NCBI GenBank assembly: GCA_051294905.1
Contig: CM119374.1
Location: 17,174,001 to 17,238,000 of the forward strand
DNA length: 64,000 nt
Direction of reading: 5' to 3'
From: Botryllus schlosseri
Taxonomy: Eukaryota
Position numbers and translations under genes: made by a program. A model generated the notes under the pieces. It was not told where the DNA came from. It saw nothing but the letters and a program-made list of their open reading frames with translations, and searched no databases. Within the stretch, counting starts at the first letter, position 1, and each line of letters starts with the position of its first letter. This document shows, piece after piece, positions 53,524-64,000 of the stretch.

Positions 53524-54941
53524 ACACCATCGTGGTATGCCCACACCTTTTGACGTAACCACAAATAATGACACACAGCGTTTTTAGTCGCTAGAGAGAG
53601 CGTCCTAATGGCTGCTACACGTGAAAAGGGCCTACCTGTATATCTCAACAAAGAACCTGTATTTTCTGAGGGGGGCAGTGGTCTTGAGAGTGCCATTAAC
53701 CCATGCACTCTGCGCGAAGAACAAATTCAAATTGAACAAATGCGCGCAAAAATACTCTGTTCTGGTGATTTACAAAAACATTTTGGATCTCCCGAATTGG
53801 AGGGATTGGGGTACGGCCGTGCATGTATGTCTACTTGGGTTCTAAGGTTCACTCGGAAATATTTTCCATGAAATCTGTCTTTGAAGCTAACTCAACTGAA
53901 TATCGATCCTTTGCCAGCAGGAATTGGATATTTTAATAGATAATAATAACGCGATCCCATCCATTATTACAGGAAGAGAAGAAAGAATAAACGTCTGGAA
54001 ATCCGTGCATCATGTGACCCGAATCAGATATTTGTGTCCTCGGCCGTTAAATGTTTCATATATATTGCATAGGCAATGTTGGCGGTACTTTTTCAATGAC
54101 AGAATTTGATTTTCAAATTCTTTTTCGCTTACTATGGCACATGTGTCTAATTACCTATACCGATTTCCAGTAGTGCAAAAGACCTCTATCATTGAATTGA
54201 AAATGCGGGAACAAAAAATTAGCGACTGCCTGTCACATTCCACTATAAATGAGCTGTGTTTGTGCTTGTCAGGTACAAATACTTTGCTTCGCTTGGAATT
54301 CTTTTGATTTAATTATGAAATCACGACGTCTACGTGCTCGGGGAAGATTGTACTTCCTCGAAATATCATTCTTGCTACACCCCTCGGAAATATGCATGGT
54401 TGGAGCTAAGCTATTAGCTGATAAACATTGTCAAACGTGTGAAAGCAGTTAGAGGGCTTGATGCGATGTTATATTCGGTCTATTTCTACTGATACACAAG
54501 CGCCGAAGTTGTTAATTTGAAAAAATTGTACCATCATGCGAAATTGAATTGCACCAATTTTAACAGTTTGTGCTAAATTTGCCTATGGGTACAATGTTTT
54601 ATATCTACGACATCACTCGTTCCGAACACGCTCAACTAGCACTATCGGAGAGCGTTAGGTCCTATGAAGTGAAATATCTAGTGTGAGCTCGTTTTAATTG
54701 TGTGTCGGAGTTGTTTTGAATTTTATCGTGAGATTGTGGTTTTCGATCAGATATGTGTTATTTTCCTGACTTTTTCTTCATTTCTTGCACTATACAAAGC
54801 GTCACGCCTCGTGGGGTAGCCAATCACCTTTTTACGACAAGCGCCGTTTCATTCCAAATGCGAAACTACCGTTTCCTGAGATATTTTGATACAATGATCG
54901 AGTGATTTGCGCTGGCCCGTGAAATCATCATAGGTCGTCAG

Positions 54942-55102
54942 CAATGTTCCCTCTCATTTTTCACGAGTCTGCGTGTACTCACCAACTCACTGCGCGGTCC
55001 CTTGGACGACAGTGCGTAACGACTAAAAATAGGGGTCATCACTTCGGCTTTCCTGTGCGCGGCACACGGTTTTTCTGTGCGCTTAGCTTAGAGGGAGCAT
55101 TG
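54942..55102. mobile_element. 161-bp hAT-type MITE (family H)
   Basis: TIR CAATGTTCCCTCT / AGAGGGAGCATTG; perfect TSD GTCGTCAG. Confidence 0.85.
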
Positions 55103-57021
55103 GTCGTCAGAGTATTCAGAATAGAGGAAGTGCTCCGTAACTGACCATCTCTTGAAGGTTATTGTACTCGAAACACTCATTTTATTGTCGAGGCTAAGAT
55201 GTTTCTGGCGCAATATTCCTACGCTCTGGATAGACGTGTGCGCGTCCATTCCACTATGACATCATAATACGTAGCTGCGGAGGCCGTGACCGGATTTTCA
55301 GTTCCTAGTACGTGATGACGCGCAAGACCGATTATCGCATTGCGTCTGTTACTCAATTCTTTGGAGATGCAGTGTTCATGCTGATGAAATTACTTTTTTG
55401 CTATTGCGCATTTCCGTACCTCACTCCGTGCCTATTACGTGAAGCAGTCTCATACAATTGCACTAAACCGAATGGTTGCGTCAGAATCGTACGACACATT
55501 TTTATGCTTTTTCCATATCCATTCCAAATATGCATTATAACATCTGCCTAGTGTTAGTAGGTTTCTTTATATATGATCGGTAGCGGATGGATGACTTGAA
55601 TTACACTACCGTAAGAGAGAGTTGCGTACGAGAATGTTGCAGTATATTTGTATTCCTGGTGCTTAATAAAAGATGAGATACGCCGTATTGATACGTCTGG
55701 TCTGGAGCTGATCTGAGGCAGGGTATGCGCGGGTTCTGGGGTTTCTTCAGATAAGGTTTGCATTACTTCACAAGCGCGATTTTCATTTGAATTATGCTTG
55801 AGTTTAGCTACGATTTCACTTCCCTGAACTCGCTTCGTATTCAGGACTGCAACAGTACGCATTGCCTGTCCGAAATGTCTATTTCTGATAATTATATTGA
55901 ATTAAATTTTCTTTGGTGTTGGGGTATTACTATCGTCAGATTATATTTTCATCCGAACAAGACTCGCAATGTACAATACAATGTGATGTAATGAACAGAT
56001 AGAATGCCGAAACTACCAGTTGCGGTTTGCTGATCTGGCATCCACTTCAGCCATTCGCCCGATGCCGCATTCGTTTTCGATGGTAATCTTTATTCGTCAG
56101 TGCCTTCGCCCCTTCTTGCTCTTGTCCTTCGTTCTTCGTCGACACGGTGGACGAGGAGCCTAGAATATCCGGCGGGACTTGACCCAGGCCGCCTGCGCAA
56201 GTGGCGCCGACGCTCCCCACATTAAATCTCCAATTTGGAGCCCATTTCGATCTCGCCCCACCCCATTCAGAGGGTTAGGGGTGCGGCAGTTACAGCTCTA
56301 TTCGTATCCGTTAGCCTACCCAACGGGATAGTCTCGACCTTGCTTTCCCTTCTACATACACAGCGCACACACACCAATTCTGGATATTGTGAAGTCATAT
56401 GTGTTGGCTACGACGTGTTAACGTTGAGATTTCTGGCCCCTTCCCCCAATTTTTAACAGTCACACCACGAATTTTCATCCTGATTACGACTCTTAGGAGT
56501 ATAGGACGGTGCGCATATCCGGTATTAGTTTTAATCTGTTCGCAGTTCGCACCTACTCAATTGCTGAACGCATGGTAGCCCATTGCCAGTGATACCAATG
56601 TTTCTTAACCTTAACTAACTCATGGAACGCTTACGCTAATCTCCAAGCCTTCGCGGAACCCCAAACTTTATCTGAGCCATAAAAACAAGAATATATTTCA
56701 ATCAGACATGAGGTGATAGCTTCATCAGTGTAATCGATTGAGTTTACGATTAAGGGTACATTGAAAAGTATAGACGATTACATTTAATTTGCATCTTGAA
56801 ATGTGAGCCGCGTGAACACAACAAGAAGAACAACAAGATGAATATCCGTTCTAAATGTAACGTCATTTTCTTGGTACGTCACAATATTCATGGCTAAACC
56901 TAAAGCCGACGATTTCTCGCCCTCAACGTATATAAGTAGGTAGTAATGTCGGCAGAATCAAAAGTTGAGTGATGAGTTTCAAAATACTGTTATATTTACT
57001 TGTATACTATATGGACTATGA

Positions 57022-57596
57022 CAGGGGCTCTCCACCTTCTTCGCGGACCCCCTTTGAACCGTCACGGAAAATCACATCATACTGTCTATGTATGAATTGA
57101 GAAGTCTTTTATCATTTCAAAGCGAATTCTGCAGCTGTATTGCTTGAAGTACGCGGTCGCTTCTTAAAAATCCGCGCCGTCGAATTGGTATGAACAAGTG
57201 CCGAAAATCGATTTACACATAAATGGAGCCGGTCACTGCGGTAATAACACGTAACGCTTCCGACGACACCTTTGTTGCACGTATGACCCGAAAATTGAGA
57301 TATACCATGCTTGCATCGGTCAGGGATATCTATAATCTAGATATCCCTGATATCAGTACTCAGTAGCTTATTGGCAAATTGGCAATTAAAATGAGTTTGC
57401 ACAGTAGAACATTTCATCTCAGGCGGTCATTCTGTTTAAGTGAGGGCTGAAGTTTCAGCAGTCATGAAGCGAAACTGCCTCGTGATTTCAATAATTAAAA
57501 AAATAGTAATAAAATTAGGATGTCAACCATTCTGCAAATTTGGAGGTGTCGCGGATCCCATGAACATGCTTCGCGGACCCTGGTTGAGAACCGCTG
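57022..57596 (-). mobile_element. Internally deleted hAT (Charlie-like) element, inverted copy of the 21988/40192 family
   Basis: Ends CAGGGGCTC / GAGAACCGCTG; flanks GACTATGA / GACAATGA. Contains a 29-bp palindrome at 57321-57349. Confidence 0.75.
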
Positions 57597-57787
57597 GACA
57601 ATGACAATATGACATATGAACGTTGTTACGTGGGTTATTGTATGTATTATTATGATGATGTTTCCCTGTAAAGTAGCAAGGTATGACGTCATGCCTTACC
57701 CAACTGTGCATGACCGCATCACTAATGCTTAACCGCTTTATCGCTTATCTCATCTCTGGTTGATGGCACATGGAAGCCATAATAAAT

Positions 57788-58153
57788 TAGGCTTACCATA
57801 CGTCCTCTTTTAAGAGGATTTGTCCTCTTTTTTGACTTTTTTGAAAGTGTCCTCGGAGGACGCCCTTTTGTCCTCTTTTTTGAGATTTTGTCCTCTTTTT
57901 GAAAATTTAGGTCAGATTTAGAGCAAATTGCGAGTGATATGCCGCAAATTAGTACAGAAGTGAAGCTCCGGCGGGTATTTCGGAGTGAAAAACGGTGATT
58001 TTAACTCTGAGCGAAAAGATGACCTTTTTTTTAGTCAACCGATCACAAAGTGGGAAAAATTCACCGGTTTTTGAGAATTCTACTCCGGTTTTGCAAGTTG
58101 CAAATTTCTGAAAAAGTGTCCTCTTTTTAGATTTCCAAAATATGATAAGCCTA
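57788..58153. mobile_element. hAT-type MITE with TGTCCTCTTTT repeats
   Basis: TIR TAGGCTTACCATA / TATGATAAGCCTA; perfect TSD TAATAAAT. Confidence 0.85.
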
Positions 58154-58176
58154 TAATAAATGTACAGCAAGAAACA

Positions 58177-58223
58177 TGGTGTCAGAAGTGGAATTCAAAC
58201 CCACGCCTCCATTCGGAGACCAG
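58177..58223 (-). pseudogene. Retroposed 3' half of mature tRNA-Leu(CAA) ending in CCA
   Basis: Minus strand CTGGTCTCCGAATGGAGGCGTGGGTTTGAATTCCACTTCTGACACCA matches the anticodon-stem 3' strand, variable arm, T arm and acceptor of eukaryotic tRNA-Leu(CAA) plus CCA. Flanked by direct repeat CAGCAAGAAACA (58165-58176 / 58221-58232). Confidence 0.85.
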
Positions 58224-58518
58224 CAAGAAACAGACGTAACATTTGTGTGAACAATGGTGCATTTTTATATCAGGTTATTGATAGCAGAAACGTTGGGTTT
58301 TTTAAGTCCCCCGCTCATTATTACGCCACAAGTATTCGCTTTACTCGTCATAGCATAATGAATACGTTGGTTGGAATTTCAGTAGAACGTGGTTTCAATT
58401 TCGAACCCCAGGCTTCCCTCCCTGCGTACCCCACTTCACACGACGTACACCAATACAGTCACAATTCGACTACTGATCGGGACAAATTACCTGCAACATA
58501 TGATGGCCAAGATGGACG

Positions 58519-58959
58519 NNNNNNNNNNNNNNNNNNNNNNNNNNNNNNNNNNNNNNNNNNNNNNNNNNNNNNNNNNNNNNNNNNNNNNNNNNNNNNNNNN
58601 NNNNNNNNNNNNNNNNNNNNNNNNNNNNNNNNNNNNNNNNNNNNNNNNNNNNNNNNNNNNNNNNNNNNNNNNNNNNNNNNNNNNNNNNNNNNNNNNNNNN
58701 NNNNNNNNNNNNNNNNNNNNNNNNNNNNNNNNNNNNNNNNNNNNNNNNNNNNNNNNNNNNNNNNNNNNNNNNNNNNNNNNNNNNNNNNNNNNNNNNNNNN
58801 NNNNNNNNNNNNNNNNNNNNNNNNNNNNNNNNNNNNNNNNNNNNNNNNNNNNNNNNNNNNNNNNNNNNNNNNNNNNNNNNNNNNNNNNNNNNNNNNNNNN
58901 NNNNNNNNNNNNNNNNNNNNNNNNNNNNNNNNNNNNNNNNNNNNNNNNNNNNNNNNNNN
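58519..58959. other. Assembly gap (N run)
   Basis: Continuous N bases. Confidence 1.
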
Positions 58960-59424
58960 GGTACCCTGTCGCATCTAAAACAAAAATCAATTTGAAACAA
59001 ACATGTATATAAAATGGCCCTTGTTTAAAAGGTGTTTTTTATTGTTTTTGTTTGTTTGGTGTTTTTTAGCCACGATGTCATGGATCTCAAATTCTGACGA
59101 CACCGTGATTGACATTGACAATCGAAAATATTGGATCATTAAGGCTCCTTGAAGAAAAAGGCTTCCAACCCCAGTGTTAAACGGACCAAAAATTATCGTT
59201 GACCATAGCCACATCATTACGCAGCATTTTTACGCAGCCGGCGGTCATCATAATCAGAACATCCAATCTCTAGCAATGATCTATATCTATTGCTATAACT
59301 GTTTGAACCGACGACTATTTCGAGGGTTCCAACCATTCCATTCCGTATAGGTCGACTATATTTGGTGCAAATCGTCCGTAGGCTCATACTACATGTTATT
59401 TCGAGAGTATTTACTATACACAAT

Positions 59425-59446
59425 CTGGGATATCTAGATATCCCTG
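59425..59446. repeat. 22-bp palindrome CTGGGATATCTAGATATCCCTG with perfect 8-bp TSD
   Basis: TACACAAT at 59417-59424 and 59447-59454. Confidence 0.85.
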
Positions 59447-61616
59447 TACACAATTATGTCATAATTATACAACGTTGAAAAAAATGTTTTTTAATCGGCT
59501 TTTTTTAAAACACTGTTTAAACGAAGTGTTTTAAAACACCGTTTGTTTTAAATGCAACCCCTACTGATTCCGCAGTCTGCAGTAGCCTAAATTTCTAACT
59601 TCACATTAGATCAGTTGCCTGACAGTGAACGAAAAAATATAGGCAACAGTGCAACAGCAGTTCAATACCATTGATATGTCTTTATTTCGTATACTGTGCG
59701 ACTGTGCGTATAGGATGCATCATCAAACAAATCATTCGTTAGCCTATAATCTGTGACATCATGTCACTTCAGCTTAGTCAGCCCATGTCACTTTGTGGTG
59801 CTTTTATACGTAAGATTCTATTCATTCGGAGTCATAGTATCCTAGCTGTATTTGGTAGGCTATATATAATGCGTATGCTGTCGATAGTTACTGTCACTGA
59901 TTGTCAGCAGCAGGATATTGTCAGTTTACGTTCAGAGTTACCGAGGTAAGCCTTCAAAGTGTGCTTCAACTTTCAACATAAACCAGCAATCGTAGTTGAA
60001 CTGCGTGACATCATCAGTTTTATCCGCGGGATCCAGAATGCGTATTTCCAACACCATGCGCAGACATATGAAATTTGTCACATTTTCCGATACACATGTT
60101 GAGGTTTGGGGATCTTGGGGCTCTGTAATGCCATCTCTTATGTGGTCGCTTATTCAGGTCTAATTAGAATTCATGATCAATATTCAGTTTCAGTATTGAC
60201 TAGTTAACATTGAAAGAACGGCAGATACTATAGGCCTATGTTGCGTCAGTATACTTGAAAGCTGGCCGACTGTTTGTCGATTGTTGACACATAAGTATAT
60301 AAATAATGAACTTCCGTTATTCCTCTCGTTATAATTTACTCTGAGAATTTTGGTAGGCGACCAGTACCTTTTTTGTTGCCAGTAGTAGTTTTTCAACAGC
60401 ATAGCAATATATAGAGTTATTTTCGATTCGACACTGACTGTATCTATGATGCTCGGGTATGTGATATGCATATTATGCGTGTGTGATTCACGACATTGCG
60501 CACCAAATATCGACCATGTAGGCGACTGTACAGTGTACGTACACCGTACATACGCAATATGTCCTGCACCGTGCTCGTGTTATGCTATTTTCTTACATCC
60601 TGGTTATGTCTTCGGAGTGGCAAGGAATAGCCTGTGTTTAATGGTTTGGTGTGAACGATTGATTGGTAACGTAGTGGAAAGAATATAAATATGAAGAATA
60701 TTATTCGGTCAAGGACAAGAATTGATTTTCGAAGTATAGACCCTATATTCCGCGGGGGTAGAGTCCATTTGAGAGGCCGTAGCAAAAACACGATTCGGGG
60801 TTATCTTGATGAGGCTCTAACAACCAGCGAGGTTAGCAACAGAAGAATTCATCGCAATTCATATTTAAATAGGTATATTTTGGAGGGATTAACCTCTGCG
60901 GTGTTAATGGAAGAAATAACGGTGCAACGTATCGCATAGTATAGTCTGTAATGTAATTTGCTTATATTAAAACGCGCAGCGTGACAGGATGTGAGGGAGT
61001 ATCAAATATCAATTCGCTCTTCCCGATAATATATGAAATATCGGCATTTATTTCGATATCCAATGTCTGTTCACGATGTGATAATATTACGCTCTATATG
61101 TATATAGTATATTCTATGATAAACCTATTTTATCGTATATTATGTATAGCGAGTTGATGAGATAAAGCATCGAATACGTTCAATGCGTATTACACGCCGT
61201 CTGAACGAACCCGGAAATAATACTGTAAGCTATTAACTCGATCCACAATATGGTTCGCATGGACGTTATACCGAGTATGATCTATACTTTGTATAGTCAA
61301 TATATCCGTTTCAATTATGCTACACTAGCAGTATTCGATGGTTAGACTTTAGGTAACACGGAGAGGTAGTTCATCGAACACCTATCGAAAATATGGTAAC
61401 GCTTGCAAGTATCACACAACCGACGTATCAATTAGTCATTGGACAACGCAACTGAAAAACTGCTATCGTTTATATGTGTGTGTCGAGCTAAGCGGTAGTT
61501 CTCCGACCAGGTGTTTTGAGCACACCCCTCTCCGTATAGTTGGATAATATGTTTGTTGTTCAGATGCGATTTATTGGCGTTTAAATATAGTTTTATGACA
61601 AACGGTTAAGGTCAAT

Positions 61617-62141
61617 ATGGGAGGTTCTTTGTGCACGGGAAAGCGGGAGATTAAGATGATATTGATCGGAATTGATCTATCCGGTAAAACTGCGATTTTA
61701 AACCGACTCCGGTTCGGAGAAGCCGGCAGCACGATACCGACGATCGGCTACAATTACGAGTCGTTCGACTACAAAAATATCACCTTTGATATCTGGGACA
61801 CCGGTGGCCAGGATAAGCTCCGTAATCTCTGGCGGCACTACTACAAGGAAGCGGACGGCGCGTTTTATGTGGTAGACTCCACGGACCCGGATCGAATGAG
61901 CGAGGCTAAGGAAGAGCTCCAGAAAGCTTTAGGAGACCTCGACTTGAATGGGAAATTTTTATGCGTGCTCGCGAATAAAAAGGACGGAGAAAACCCGATG
62001 ACTGTAGAACAAGTGACGGCGGCGCTAGAACTGAAATCTATTAAGGATCGGAATTGGAGTATATTTCATGTTAGTGCCCTGAAAGGCATAGGGCTTTATG
62101 ACGCCTTAGACTGGATATCCAAGGTGAACAAAAAGAAATAA
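61617..62141 (+). CDS. Intronless ADP-ribosylation factor (ARF/ARL) family small GTPase, 174 aa
   Basis: MG start, G1 GIDLSGKT, switch I PTIG, G3 WDTGGQ, LWRHYY, G4 NKKD, G5 SAL; a complete single-exon ORF. Too divergent to assign to a named ARF/ARL. Confidence 0.93.
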   Translation: MGGSLCTGKREIKMILIGIDLSGKTAILNRLRFGEAGSTIPTIGYNYESFDYKNITFDIWDTGGQDKLRNLWRHYYKEADGAFYVVDSTDPDRMSEAKEELQKALGDLDLNGKFLCVLANKKDGENPMTVEQVTAALELKSIKDRNWSIFHVSALKGIGLYDALDWISKVNKKK

Positions 62142-64000
62142 TTTCCTAGCTTCTCATCCGTAAATTTAGACCAGATATAGTCCCAATTACGCAAGCTGCT
62201 ATTTCACGTTCGACTCGAGTTATTGATAGGCCTGGGCTAAGTCGAGTCGAGTCTTAATCGAGTATCAACCATTATGACGTCACCACAGTATGAATGATTG
62301 AAAACTTCAAATCTCTACCTTTCATGCGACCACAGATAATAGGCTATGATGCCAATTCTAAGTCACATTAAAGATAATTTGGTATTTTTTTGATACATTG
62401 AATTAAATTGCACTCTGTGACAACGCTGTGGGTTGATCTCGACTTCGTAAATACGTCATTTCCGCTAAGGTACGTAGCTTTGTACGAAATATTTGGTATG
62501 CTGCAATACGACAAGTCGAGGTGACAGACTTCGACGGCGGAAAATAGCATCGAAACTAGAATTCTCGTTGATAAAACAACTATCAACTATTCAGATACGA
62601 TTACTCAAATCAGTCCTAGCACTAGTTATCGGCATTTCATTGTCTACATTGGGAAAACCCTTCATTTATTGGTGTATAGTGTCGCATTATGTAGTGTCGC
62701 ATATATAGATATTGAATAACATCCTATTTTTGTATCGCTATGCGCTGTGAAATGATGATACATGCATTTCAATTCCAGTGCAACCTATAGTTATAGCCGT
62801 GTCGAACTATATAGGACAAAGGCGTGCGTGTGTAGCCGCTGCGTGATTATGCAATATCAACTCTTAACGCTTTGAGGATGTATGCAACTACAATCTATGC
62901 CGTAAATAACATTTGTTCTTGCCGGACATTTTTGGTATCTTTGTCAGTTTGGGCGCCGTTCGATTTTTGTCGACATAGGCACGCCGTTTTTCACACATCG
63001 ACCACTTCGCCTCAAGCAGTGGGGTCCGGATTTGACATCAATATTCGCAAACAGTCATCATCCAGTTAGAAGTCGCCTGTATGACGGTAATAACCCGTCC
63101 TAGATACGTGACGCAGCGCTTAGCGTTAGCAATATTTCCGGTCTGTGGCGTGCGTGTAAGAGGGCGTATAGAGCTTGCGCGTATACTCCTCGTTTTACAG
63201 TGTAATTTTTATCGGCTTAACTGCCTTCTCTGTTCCATTGCTCTGCTCAGCCGCGTTGTGCAACTCATATTTCGTTCCTACTCCTTCGTCCACTTGTATG
63301 ATATGATGGTGCTACGTACAGTACCCACTTATGAAAAGCAACCACCATTGTGGTATTGGTAGTTTGAGTCGACTTGTAATGATTGCCTTTCGTTTATTAT
63401 ATCATGACATATGAAATAAAGTTCGTTCATCAACAGTGAAAATTGTTCCACAACATACGCTACACGTGTAATCGCAAATAGAAAACAATGTTTCAATTTT
63501 CGGCTCAAGTACATGAAATGCAGTGGAATATGTGCTTGTTGAAGTGTTAGTCGATTGGTCATTCGTTCAAATACGGCTGCGCTATTATCCATACATAATG
63601 TGATGGCGTATAGTGATATTATCATGGCAGCGAAAACCGATTGGTCGCGTACTTGCCCGGATACAGAATCCCTACGTGTTTAAGGTTTAACTATAGCATT
63701 CTAGCTGGACTCCTCGTCGTCATTCGTGTGACCGGTGCCGTGCTATATCGGTCAGGTGTAAAATGGCCTGTGATGTCGATTCACGTTCGCGTTCTGTGCG
63801 TGAACCTCGGAAATTTAGAGGTTCACGTTCACAAACGAACGTTGGCAGGCTCTGCACGGTGAACCTTTTTCATATATTTCAATTTTCACGTCATTGTAAC
63901 ATGTTTTGTTAAAATATATTGCATTTCAACTGCGCGCCACTCAATGCATGGCGCTGGCAGCATAAAAAAAATCAACACTTAACGAGCATTTACCTTGACA

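Noticed and set aside
58177-58194. LTR retrotransposon primer-binding site (tRNA-Leu)
   Set aside because: The match extends about 47 nt, is bounded by a 12-bp TSD, and no LTR or gag/pol is visible (the nearby gap limits certainty).
58160-59012. Long ORFs in several frames in the ORF track
   Set aside because: They are artefacts of the N gap; the left part also reads through the tRNA insertion.
62870-63870. Several 65-98-aa ORFs at the window end
   Set aside because: No recognisable domain, alternative starts, and no consistent splice structure that I could assemble.
1-64000. CRISPR arrays, rRNA genes, prokaryotic operons
   Set aside because: The sequence is eukaryotic with spliceosomal introns; no repeat-spacer arrays or rRNA motifs were seen.

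Overview
Eukaryotic (animal) genomic window, AT-rich and gene-dense with short GT-AG introns; most likely a tunicate/ascidian (inference from gene style and repeat content). I reconstructed three spliced genes by hand with consistent splice phases: an Msx homeobox gene (minus, 3 exons, 1480-6159), a FAM166/CIMIP2-type ciliary microtubule inner protein (minus, 6 exons, 11928-19131, mostly invisible in the ORF track) and an MFSD10-type MFS transporter (plus, 10 exons, 44314-53092). There are also an intronless orphan 7TM receptor-like ORF (31942-32961), an intronless ARF-family GTPase (61617-62141) and a probable orphan Lys/Ser/Arg-rich gene (27230-28181). Introns and intergenic DNA are packed with non-autonomous DNA transposons, mostly hAT-type with intact 8-bp target-site duplications (TSDs), some deeply nested. 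Other repeats are a P-like foldback element, a Chapaev3-like element, LINE remnants, a tRNA-derived SINE and a CCA-ended tRNA-Leu 3' half with a 12-bp TSD. The most unusual item is a family of 21-29-bp palindromes flanked by 8-bp TSDs. There is an assembly gap at 58519-58959. No database searches were run; family assignments rest on motif recognition.
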